A DNA stretch of 64,000 nt, taken from NCBI GenBank assembly GCA_051294375.1, contig CM119269.1, forward strand, positions 14,581,918 through 14,645,917. Direction: 5' to 3'. The notes beneath the pieces were generated by a model that was not told where the DNA came from, did not search any database, and saw only the letters and a program-made list of their open reading frames with translations. The DNA is from Paraspadella gotoi. Lineage: Eukaryota > Animalia > Chaetognatha. This document shows positions 15,201-27,202 of the stretch, in pieces. Each line of letters opens with the position of its first letter. The stretch's first letter is position 1. Position numbers and translations under genes: made by a program.

Positions 15201-18200
15201 TTTCTTCCCCCCCCCCATCTTTTCGCTCTCTGCGTCCTCAAGTTTTGGCCGAGGGCAATTGCTTTTCACCTCCTTCCCCCCCCCTCTTTCACTCGCGGAG
15301 AAGCCAAGCATAATGACTCCTACCTGACCTCGAAGCCTCCAGGATGTATATTCATCATTCGATGGCGAGGTGAACACTTGGGGAGTTAAGCAGACGACTT
15401 TCCTCGACTCGTAAACGCTCCTTTTTCTGACTTGGAGCCCCTCCTTACCCTGTTCCCTCACCAGCTCCCTCGCTCGTTTCTGATTCATTAGTCAAGAAGA
15501 GATAAAAGATATCGCGTTCGAGTTAACGCCCACCTCGAGATTTTGATGAATGAGCGTCGCGTTTTTTTGCCTGTCCGATTTTGCGACGGAAACGAAACGC
15601 CGCCTCCCATCTTTGATTCTTTCCTGTTTTTTTCGGCAGAATTTGTCCCCCGATGCGGCAGCGAGAGACAGAATTTTTCCCTAAATCCTCATCCTTTGAA
15701 TCGTGAGGATTATGTAAAGTTTTTAAAAATTTGGTTTTAAACTCATTTTCAGTAAATCCGCATCATTAATTCAATTATATTCTGGCTAACCTCATTGGCC
15801 CCCTTATTTTGTTTCTTATCTTTTTATAACTGTATATATCATTAAATGTGCTGGTTGTATAATGTGTCTATATATTTTAAAAAGGTTGGATGGATTAATC
15901 GATGTGTTTTTGTTTTTCGCTGAAATCAAAGATTTCAAACGACTTGCAACGCTTTCGCAAGAGCCAATTCGCTAAAATCTACTGAGAAAACAAAACAACA
16001 TCGATGAATTAAAAATAATAATTTTACAGATGTATTTGGAATTCAAAATAATAAATAAGTAGTAGGGAATATTTAAATGTTAACTTTGTCCTAGTGGTCT
16101 AAAAGTGTGAAAATAGCAAAATTTTGCGAATTAACAATTATTTCATTACTATGAAGGTGTCATTTTATTTAAAAACCTTGTTTATCATTATAATTAGTGA
16201 TTATTAATTAGTAACGCTGCTTCGGAGTTAAGTGGTCTAGTAGTATCTCGCCCTCTAACATTAGGGTCGCAAATAAAGCAAAATGACCTTAATGGTGTTA
16301 ACATGTGTCATGTCTTGGGTCAATTATTGGTGTTTGGAAGAGGATCGCCTCTCCCCATTCTCGGCCAGACGACGAGGCGTCGAAGTGATCACGCCCCACG
16401 CTCGTCCCTCATCGGGACCGCGGGGGTAGTTGTCGGGTTCACTAACTCCATGCATCATCGCCCTCTTCTCATTCGGCTCGCTCTTCCTTCCAACGAGCTC
16501 TTTTTCTTTTCTGGAGAAAGCGTGGGCGAGAACCCTGTTCACATTTCTCTCCTCCAACTTTTTCCCCTTTATTTGTCTCACTTTGTTTTCTTTCACTCTT
16601 CTTTGTTTTGTTCAACTACTCTTTCCAATCCCCCCCTCATCATTTCTCTCTTTTTTTCATTTCGCCCAATCTCGCCGCATTCCCCGCCAGCAACCTTTAA
16701 CCCTTTTTGGCTCGGAGACTCCAGTTCGGGATGCGCTTCAGCAGTTGCGACTCCTGAGGGGTTCATTTTCTTTTACTTTTTTGCACTTCTTTCTCGTGTG
16801 TTTTCTCTCATCTTCCTCCCCGTCCATTCCACCGATATTCTTAATCCACCACCCCACTCTCTACTTTGCCCATTTGGCCGGGAATTCTTCAAGGTTGAAT
16901 TTGACTCCACCAAGTTTCTCTTACTCTCCTTTCTCTTATCGCTCATAGCCACATCAAATTTCCTTCACCAATCACCATCCTGCATTGTGCATACTTTCCT
17001 CCGGCCGCTGCCGATTTTTCTCGTAGGAATAGTTTTAACTCGCTAACTTGGCGCATGCGAGATCTTTATTTACCCAAACTGAGAAATATACGAAATTTTT
17101 CATCTTTTTGGGGAGGTTTTGTGAAAGAACGAATTGCGTCTTTCGTCAGAAAAATCTAATTATCTCGGAATAAAAAAGACGTGGGAGGGGGGCGTAGGGG
17201 AGCTTGCTATCTCTCGTCAAAAGGAAGCCGTACCTCTCTTCCCGTCCGGATGGGGCGGCGCGCCGACGTCACGTTCACTTCCTCCTCGGCGACGCGACGC
17301 TGACGTTGATTCGCCGACGCCGGATCTGGGAGGCGGCACCGGCCGAACCGTTGCCGAGCAAGCGAACGAGAGAAGCGAAAATAACGCCAGTTCCCGTCGT
17401 TCCTCCTCCTCTTCCTCTTCTCCAAACGAATCGCAAATTCGCAAATTGGTTCGTCGCCTCATCGGGTTTTGCGGAGTCCGTCCCTCGCTTGGAGATTGGC
17501 ATCGATCGTTCCGCCCGGCAAAGATATCGGAAAGGCCGTTTGCGTGCCTCGCGTAGTAAACCGGGGCGAGATGGGTAAGAGAATGTTGCGCCGAAGGGCG
17601 GTCGCCTCCTTCGCCGGTCCATTCCACCCGCGGTGACGGGGGGCGGCAGCCTGGCCTCGTCGTTCCCGCCTCGTCACGCTCCTCCCGCCAAATTCGAAAG
17701 ACGTCCGGGGGACGGGGCGACTCCCAGGAGGCGTCGTCGGCCGGTCCAAAGCTGTCGAAGATGAGGGACGTAGCGGGGGAACTGGAAGGAAGGAGACAAA
17801 GATGGATGGTTTCTCGCGCGTTTATGGACACCACCGGGGAAGACGCCGCGTCTTTTGGGAAAGTCGTATGTCTTTGTTTAGTGTTTACCTTCCCCACATT
17901 TTTCACGTTTCTTTAAAAAAAAAACCGTTTTTCAACACTTGAGGGCCGAAGTTTTTTATTTATAATTTATTACTTCAGCGAGAAGTGTCTCATGACTCTC
18001 ATGACTCTTGGTTTCATATTCAGGTCCGCATCTATTCTATCATTTTACTTTTAGCATTGAATCTAACCATCACTCGATTTGAATTCGCTAAAATTCATTT
18101 CAAAAAGACCAGTTCGCTGTTCCAAGATCGTCGTTTTCTTGACCAGACCTGGCTGATGGCGGTGACGGGATCCTGGGCGGAGTAGAGGTGGGGTTGGTCG

Positions 18201-21200
18201 TTTCGTTGCAGTTTCTACGGTTTCGTTCCCAGGTCGTTGACTTTAAGGGCTGAATTGTCGTCCGCTTAGGAGAATGGAAAAGGGGAGAAGCTTGTCTTTT
18301 CTCTGCTTCATTGATTTTCGTTGTCGTCGTCGTGGCGGTTTCGGCTTGGGCGGCAACGTCGTGGGAATGAGCGGCGCGGCTTTTCACGAGCCGCAGCACA
18401 GCGACACGCCCCCCTCGCGCTTTGCCAATGCGTCTTTTCGCGCCGTCGTGTTTTTGTTTTTTGGCATCGGGATCCGAGGGCAATGAGTCCGCGCCCCCGA
18501 GAGATGCGCAGTAATTGAATTTTTTGGAGGAGGGTGGAAGAAGGAGCGTCTTCTGTCGGTGGGGTAAAACGAAAAGAGAGTGAAGAAGTTATTAGACAAA
18601 TGAAAACATGGTTTGAGCTTATTCCTATGAGAAAGTTGATTTATAGATTCGATTATTTGAAAACGCTTACCAATGGAGGCATTTACTGAAACTTAAATTC
18701 AGCAGGCAAGCATCTTACAATCATCCGGGGCTGAAGAATTTTGCTGACTCTTCGAATCGCTTAAATAAAAAGAAAACAAAAAAACAAGAAACTTGCCTGC
18801 AAATCGCCAACAGCAAGAGCGAGATAACTTCTGGTTGTCTTAGATGAAGTCAACAACGACGTCCCCTCGCTTTCTACCATCACAGTTTCCGCCGCCCGAC
18901 TCGATCCAGTGGGCCCCGCCCTGAGCCCATCACCATGGTCGTTGTTTTGCATTTTCTGGTCGTCATCGTCGTCGTCGTCGTTGTCGATTCTCTCTTTTTC
19001 GTGTGCCTCGTTTTCGCTCATTTGTTGGTTTTGCTCGTCGCCGATACGCGGCGCCGCCGATGTCGATTTGATGACTACGAAGCGTTGGCGTGGGTGAGCG
19101 TTGTTTGAGATTCCTCTCTCGTGCTTGGGCGACGCCGAATTTTCTAGTGTGACGTATTCCATTTGAGACTTAGAGCGTCGGAGATGCATGTTGTCGAGAA
19201 CGAATCGGTGGACGTGGGCTTCGTCTGCCTCTTCCCAACTTAGTATAAAAAGAAATAATATTTTTTTTAAATTTTGGGATTATATAAATATCAAATTTAA
19301 TCTATTTATTCTTGTATCAATTTATGTTTGCTTTTACGTTAGTTCACTACAAACCTTATTTTAATTGCACATGAACTTTGGCTGCATATTTTTTCTTTTG
19401 GTAGAGTCGGTTTTAATTTTCCGTCTCGCGCGCCATTGATCAAAACGACAGAATCTTCAGCTTTTTCATTAAAAACCGTCTGTTGAAATCCTGTAATGGA
19501 AACCGTGATTTGCATAAAACTAATCTCCCCTCGTTTTTGCAAAGTTTCGCTTTTTAAAGTGTATTTTCCCGCTTTGAACGTCAGCTTAAATCGATGATTC
19601 GAGTGAGGTTTTTTCAACCTATCATTTTTATTGCCAACTAAAGTAAAGACTGAAAATTCTTAAAAATATTAATGGGATATATATAGAAAATCTATATTTT
19701 TTTTATTTCACTCATTATATTGTAGTTACAATATGTCAATAAAGCAGAAATAATACAAGAACATGAGCGATTCTCATGGTCGGCCATATATCGAGCAAGA
19801 CCGGCAAATCAGTTTTTGTCCGCGGATTGATGGATCGCTAATGGCCAAGAGAAAGATTGACAAATGACGCGACGGTTGCTTCCAGAACTCCTTCTCCAAA
19901 ATTAATGTGCATAAAAATTACAACTGACGAGTGCATATGGATGTCTCGAATGCAACCGACGTCCCCGACGTATGTTCGTTAAAATGAGAATCGTTTATGA
20001 TTTTTAGTTTACCTTATTAACAAGGTTGGAATGTTTTTAGACTCCCCAAGCGAGCTGTGAAAATCACCTATTTCTTTAGAAATTTTAAAATCATTATGCA
20101 AAAATACTAGAATGAAGACGCTGAACAAGGTTTAAAGAACTCGGTGAAAGAAAGTTTTTTAAAAAATGAGTTCGTTTCTATTTGTATTTGAAGCGTCGTC
20201 GTATTTTTCAGACTAGGCCAATCGTATTTGTGGAGAAAAAAATTTTTTTTTCTCGTTTTCAAATCGTAGTCGGAGGACTTTAAGGGATTCTCTTTGCCAC
20301 TCGTCGTCGTCCGCCTCTTCTGCTCCTCCCCCTTGTCGTCGTCATCATCGTCGCCGACGCCCCGATGGTTGTTTTGACGCCGGTTTTCTTGCCCTCCACG
20401 GATTTTTCGTGCTCCCTTTCGCTCGAAGGGATTGTGGTTGGGGAAAGGGGCGTCGCTAAGTCAACGCGGTTTGGTGAGTCCTGGTGACGACCAATAGAGA
20501 GTAGGGCAGGGTTCGAACCCTACAGGGGAACTGTTATCCAAGTTTGCGTGCTCTCAACTCGAAATTCCTGAGACGCGCAGCAAAAGAGCAGAATTTCGAC
20601 CAATATACACTCGACCATGACGCTCAAGTTCCCAGCTGAAAAAAACTTTCTTTTTTTCCACTTCTATTTATTCAAACATGTGGTGGGAGGGGAAAAGAAA
20701 TCCTCATGCCATGTTACTTTAAATGGGAATATTTCTTCTTCCAACTCGAGAAGGGTGAAGAAAACATTTTTATAACCGATTTTATTTTTCTGTTTTTAAA
20801 TTGTATCGTATAGTTTTTATACCTTTATTTCGCTCCATAAAATGTGAAATTTCACTCCAGGTTTCCTGCTCTGATTCACACGTATCTTTTTTGCGTCATG
20901 AATTCGTGTCCTCATGTACTCTCTAAGTCATACTTTGTTTCCAAATATTTTTCTTTAAACTTGGAACTTTTATGTATATTTTTTTAAATTTTGGTTTCCC
21001 AAGCATTACTTTTCCCTATTCTGCTTTCAGGAACTTTCTCACTTTTTACTTGATCTTTTGTCCTCTCGTTTTGAGAAAAAACTTTGTCATTAATCTCAAT
21101 TTCCCGATCTGACAAAGATTAAAGGCGTTTTCTGAGCACAACAAGGAAGTTTGACGTTTTTTAAGCGTATAAAAAATGAAATTCCCTGTGTTCATGAACC

Positions 21201-24200
21201 AAAATTCTCAGAAATTTCATCGGTAAGAGCGAAAAGTCAAAACTATGATCTTTGTTTGTTTAAGCTTGGTTCACTAACAAAACGTTGATTGATTGATTAA
21301 CGAACAGATATCGAATCTAGACTACACCATGTATCTTTTTTTTTCTGTAATCAATACAAGAAAAACTTTCTCTCTTCGGTTTTTTTTTTCTCTTGTCTAC
21401 GCTCATCGTCGTCAACGCCGGCCGGTTATTGGAAAGTTCGTCTCTTTTGACGTTTGTGACGGCCGTTCGAAGCGAAGGAGAAACGAAGTAAAACTTCATC
21501 GACGTTTCATCGACAGGCTTTAATGACGGACAACAAGCAACCCTCAGAACAAGACAATTTGGGGAGGAGGAAGTCGGAAACTGGATTTTTATTTAAACGT
21601 ATTAGAAAAAAATTTTTTTTTTCCTTTCTTTTTCGTTGGTTTTGAATTAGTAGAGAAATTATTTTTCGCAACGCATTTTATTTGTAGTAAAATAAAAAAC
21701 AGACATGTTTTAGCAGTATTTCTGCTATTCATCAGTGTTTTAGTGTTTTGAAATACAAATTGGTTTGGTTTAAACAAATGAGTGTTGTGAAGAGACAGTA
21801 ATTATTGTTATATGTTAGTGTCAGAACCGTTCAATATAAACAGTCCCTGAGCTTCGGATCATACTGTAACACCATGTTAGAGGCAGGTTAAGCGCCCCGT
21901 CCCTCTTAACTGCTAGGCGGCCACCGGGCTAGAACCCCGGACCTTTGGGTTGGGAGGCAAATGACTTGCCTCCGGCACCAATGGCCGCTGATGAACGGTT
22001 GGTGGATTTTAGTCCACCATACATCCCCCCCTCCCGTAGGGAGAAATCTGTTGCGTCTCTTCAGTGAATTGTTGTTGGTGGAAAGTGCGTCACCAAGTTG
22101 ACACATGTTGCCTGATGACTTGTTGGCGGAAAGTGATCGCCAGGTTGAGGCCGGTCGCCTGAAAGTGTTGTTGCTGTTGTGTTCGGAAATCGGGCTCACC
22201 AATGAAGAGACGGTAATAATTGTTATATGTTAGTGACAGAACTGTTCAATATAAACAGTCCCTGAGCTTCGGATCAGGCTGTAACACCATGTTACAGGCG
22301 GGTTAAGCGCCCCGTCCCTCTTAACTGCTAGGCGGCCACCGGGCTAGAACCCCGGACCTTTGGGTTGGGAGGCAAATGACTTGCCTCCGGCACCAATGAC
22401 CGCTGATGAGCGGTTGGTGGATTTTAGTCCACCATAGTTGGAAGCTTTTTCTCTCTCTCACACACTCAATTTTTTGAACCAAAGCAATTTGTATTTCAAA
22501 ACACTAAAACACTGATGAAGAGCAGAAATACTGCCTGTCTGTTTTTTTTACTACAAATAAAATTCGTTGCAAAAACTAAATAATTTATCCACTAGAAAAA
22601 AATAGAAAAAAGTTTATAGAATGAATACCACGGGAAAAAAGGAATAAAAACGAAAAACAATATACTTAGTAGAGTTAATTTTTTTGGTTATTTTTTAACC
22701 GATTTACCTCGGCGAGTTATGTCCAAATTATTCTGTTGTTTTCTCTGGTCTTGTTTTCGTTTTCTGATTTTCTTCGAAGTGGAGAATTGACTCTCGATGT
22801 TCTTTTGATTATCTGCCGCCGACGAGACGTTCCCCGTCAGACAGTCATTTATCTTATATCCGCCGGCGACCCCTGTGGGTCGGCTCCAGCGCAACCTTTC
22901 GGCGTTTTCCTTGTTCTGACAGCAGTTTAAAAGAAAAGAAATACCAATAAGATCAGGACTAATGCTTTGCTTACCTTAACTACTTACCATAAATACATAC
23001 CATAACTCATCGCACATAACACACTGATCTTTAGCATAAAAACATTAGCAATCCTGTTTTAAATGAAATTTTTAACGCTGTCTGACCTGTTGGGTTTTGA
23101 GCGGAAATGCCCGACCGCTTTGGACCTTTATCGACGCCACCCCTTCTCCTCTGTCGCCGCCGAAATAATCGGCCAACGAAACGGCCAGGATTTTGCGGAC
23201 GCTTCCGGTGGAGCGGCTTTGGCTGACGCCGGCGGGGCGCCTCGACCGAATCCACTTCGTGCGGAGGTTGGGAGCGGGCGAGGCGGGTGGTGAAGGGAAA
23301 TCCATCCACGAAAAAAGATGGCGGCGATTCCATTAGGCGTCGGCGTTGCCGAGTCCTTTAAAGTTTTTTCGCTTCCATCCGTCCGGGTGTCTCTTGGCTT
23401 TTATGGCCCCAGGGTTTTTATCGACTCTGGATTATAGAGATAGGGGGAAAGGATACCGGCCGCGGAAATTTCGTGGTCGCTGGTCGCAAGATAAGGGCCT
23501 TAAGCCTTAAGTTGTTTTCTTTTTAGTAAGAATCCCGGGATTAAAACATAAATAGTTGCCTTATAATTAAATTAAAATTATTAAATACTACTTTTTAAAA
23601 ATCGTATCAAAGAGAGAATTTTGTTTCAAGACTTTAAAAATGTATTTGCATTGTTATTCTAATAACTAAATAATATAAAAAAAATGGATATCTGGGTTTA
23701 ATCGTTAGAAAACTCTGCAAGCATTTATAGAATTTGTTGCTTAGTGCCAATAACAGTTTGTTTGTTACCACGATGATTGTCTGTGGTCCCGATATTAAAA
23801 TCATTCTGGTTATTTTAATTTCTTTTTTTGGCAAAAAAAAATGCAAATAAATTTTTAAAGTCTGATCAATCAATCCATAAATTCAGTAATACATATGTAG
23901 AATATTATTTATCATCACCTGTAGATCGATGATTGATCTACAGGCTTTCCTGCAGTGATACAATATGATAAAAAATAGTTTTATTTTCAATGTACTCTAA
24001 AGCATTTTTAACCTTCTGGCTGAAGCGCTCCGTAAGAAGAGTTGCGGATAGGATTTCATAGATAACGATTTAATTTTTTTTTTAATTAGTTTCCCTCGTT
24101 CAAATTATTGAAGTCATTGCGGTTTACCAAAAAATTATGGACGAAAATGTATGTTTGCATTTCTTTTCATAAACTAGAATAAATCACCGAAGCGAAAACC

Positions 24201-27170
24201 CAAGAAAAAAAGTAAAAGTTGAAAGGAGGAATCACATATCACAGGATTTTCCGTTTTAAATCGCCGACTTCGTCGCTCGGAAGCACCGTAGACTTTAGGG
24301 CGCGACCGAAGGACGACGACGAAGACGACGACGAGGAGGAAGAAGTGGGGCGGTCTCACGGCCGGACCAAAATTATCGTCGCTTCGGCGATGATGAATCG
24401 GTCGGCGCCGGTAGACGCCGCAGGAGATCTCCAGTGGCGCGCACGTGATTCGCCTTCGAAGATGATGATGATCTTCCTCTCAACGTGGCGCCTCACCAGC
24501 GTCACAAAAAAAAAACGCGCTGATGCCAACGTGAGACGCGTCTCTTCTCTCACGTTCGCTCGGGTTTTCCGGTCTGCGGCCAACGCCAGTCCCGAGGAAA
24601 GACTTCGCGCCTTCTCCGGTAGAGAGAGAGAGAGAGAAAGACCGGCTCGGTGTTTCGTTGCTAATGGAGTTTTGGGGTCGAAAGGAGCAGGGGTTAGAGC
24701 GGAGTTGAATCAACGAATTTTCCTTTTTTGAGAATGCAATGCGTCCGCTTCAGTTCAATCAAAGTTAAGTCATGATGCGTCTTTGAAAAAAAAATAGTAT
24801 TGAAAAATTGTCATTTTTTATTTTCGATATTCCTACGAAATGTACCCTGGTGATATTGATAAGAAAAAGTTCGTCTGAAAACTAAAAAAAAACACGTTAC
24901 TCACTTACTGGAATTAATATTATTGAAATTATTGGAACTTTTTTGACAATTTTGTTTGTAATTGTAGCGAGTAAAATTGATAGTTATAATAAAATTATAA
25001 ATAATAATAATAATAAAATAATAATAAAATGTAAAAAAGATTATTGGTTTCAAATACAGAATGTTTTATTCAGTTTTCTTTCCCTTTCATGATGCTGGCA
25101 AGGATATACTCAATATTCATTCTTTTAATTTTTCGTCCTTAACTATTTTTGAATTATCACCAACTCCTTTTCAAATGATTGGTATAGTTCTTGTCTTGAA
25201 CAAGAGTTTTGTTTGCGATGAAACGACGCAAATGTTTTCTTTTGTTTTCATTTCCTTCATCCAGAAGGCCAATATGGCCACGAGCTGTCTGGCACCGAAT
25301 GCGACGAATACTCCGCTTCATTAGTCGATGATAAAAGACTTCGCGGCGTTGGGCCTGATGCGTTTGCGTAATGCCAACGCTTCCCACGCTTTTGTCGTTG
25401 CATCGATGATAATTAACTTCTATTTGGAGCCGAGTATTCTCCGCGAGACTCGTCGGTGCTATACGTCACGGAAAGAAAAAAATAGTTCGCTATCGTTCGT
25501 ATATGAGTTAGTTTTCTACCTTTAGACCCTCGGGGAAATAAATTATAGGAGGCATAAAACCTTTTTTTTCCAGGGCCGACAGAGCCGGTTTAATTTTTCC
25601 TCGGGGAAGATCAACTCGAATGAATAAACCAAAAGAACGCAGGTTTTTACGGGATCGTGAAAGGCGATGACGTCGGGCGCCGACGCTGAGCTCGGCTGTC
25701 ATTCTAAGATCCCGGCCCCGTTTCTATGAGATAAAATGCCGCCGTCTCCGGGGTTTGTCGAGCCGAAAACCAATCACTCTTCGAATCCAACTGAGACAGA
25801 ATAAAAAAAAAATTTCAAATCTCAAATTCTGACATTTTTTTAAAAAATAAATTTGTGGGTGGGATTCTTCCGAAATCTGGAGGATTTCTTTTTTCTTTCT
25901 AGTTTTTTTAAATTTTAAAGAGGGTGTTTCTAAACATAGATACTGAAGCTGGAGGCATTTTTCTTATGCTATTGCTACAACCTTTTCCTTCCTCGCAATT
26001 TTGATGCTTCATAAAAGTACATCAATGTTTAACGAAACCAGATCGACTTTGGGATGAATAAAATAAACAGTGCAGCGTGCACCAGAGGTGAATTCCTCCA
26101 GAGTTTTACCCGACTCGTTTAAGAAATGGTGCTGCACCGCTGGATGTTGTCTTTTACGGTCTTCAGACTCCTGAACTTCACCGACTTTTTCTCCCGGTCG
26201 ATGATTCCTCCTTCGACGCCTTTGCGTCGTTAATGCGTCATCCACTTTTTTCTATTTTTTCCTTCTTTGTTTCTTTAACGATTCTGCCCAAATGGGAAAC
26301 GTTTTTCTGTATCGTCTCTATCGCCTCGGGTCTCTCCCTCTCCATTCCACTTTTTCGCTTTCTTCCTGGTCCTGATCCTCTTTTTTCATCTGATTTCTTT
26401 TAGTACTTTTTTTATTTTTATTCCCTTCTTTCTTTCCCCGTCTCTGGAATCCACATTTCCGTCTTTCGTGCGGACACTTTTTTTTATTTGAAACGCTTAC
26501 AGAGGGAACGATCGTTATCTTTTAGCACGCAAGCATTGCATTATTTAAAGGCAAAACTTTATTGTACGTAATGAGCATTGCATTATTTGTTATTTTTTTA
26601 CCTATCACTGATCTTAACTAATGCATCCATATGTTGTAATGAAGAGACGAGCATTGTCAGTGACCAAGTATGAAAAACTCGTCCCCATAATTGTCTCGTC
26701 CATGGTGATTTACCGCTCCTTTTTTTCCTGTCTCCCATTGTTTCTCTTGTTTTTTTCTCCACTTCTTACTTTGTCTCATCATCTTTCTTTCTGAATATTT
26801 TCTTTTCTTCTCAGTTTGTAAAGTCTTCCTCTTTTTCTCCTTCTTGGGTCTTCTGTTCTTTTCCTGCCTTTTTTTCTGCGCTCATTTTCGTGGCGAACGG
26901 TGAGGCCATCTTCGTCCCCAAACGGTGATTTGCCGGAATCAAAATAAATCTCTATGGCTCAGCGTGTTGAGAAATCTGAAAGGACCAGGCCCTTCCTCGT
27001 CATCTTTCTTTAGGCAGTTTAATGCTCGCAAATGGTCCTCGGTAATTTCGTCTTTTTGCTTCTGCCTTCTCCTTTTTATAAACCTTTTATACATTAGTCA
27101 ACGTAAGTGTTACTTGCACAGAACTACACTTACCAGTAACCAGATTCAATTGTTTTAATCCTAAGAGATA

Positions 27171-27202
<32 letters not shown>

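Larger units (their letters stand above)
21648..22594. mobile_element. Fold-back MITE (~135-bp inverted arms) interrupted at its centre by the TRIM
   Basis: 21648-21785 is the imperfect reverse complement of 22462-22594 (e.g. TTCATCAGTGTTTTAGTGTTTTGAAATACAAATTG / CAATTTGTATTTCAAAACACTAAAACACTGATGAA). Confidence 0.8.

Noticed and set aside
20500-20626. Degenerate tRNA-Ser-like SINE head on minus strand (TGGTCGAGTG...GGTTCGAACCCTGCC)
   Set aside because: A- and B-box-like motifs present but no convincing cloverleaf, tail, TSD or second copy.
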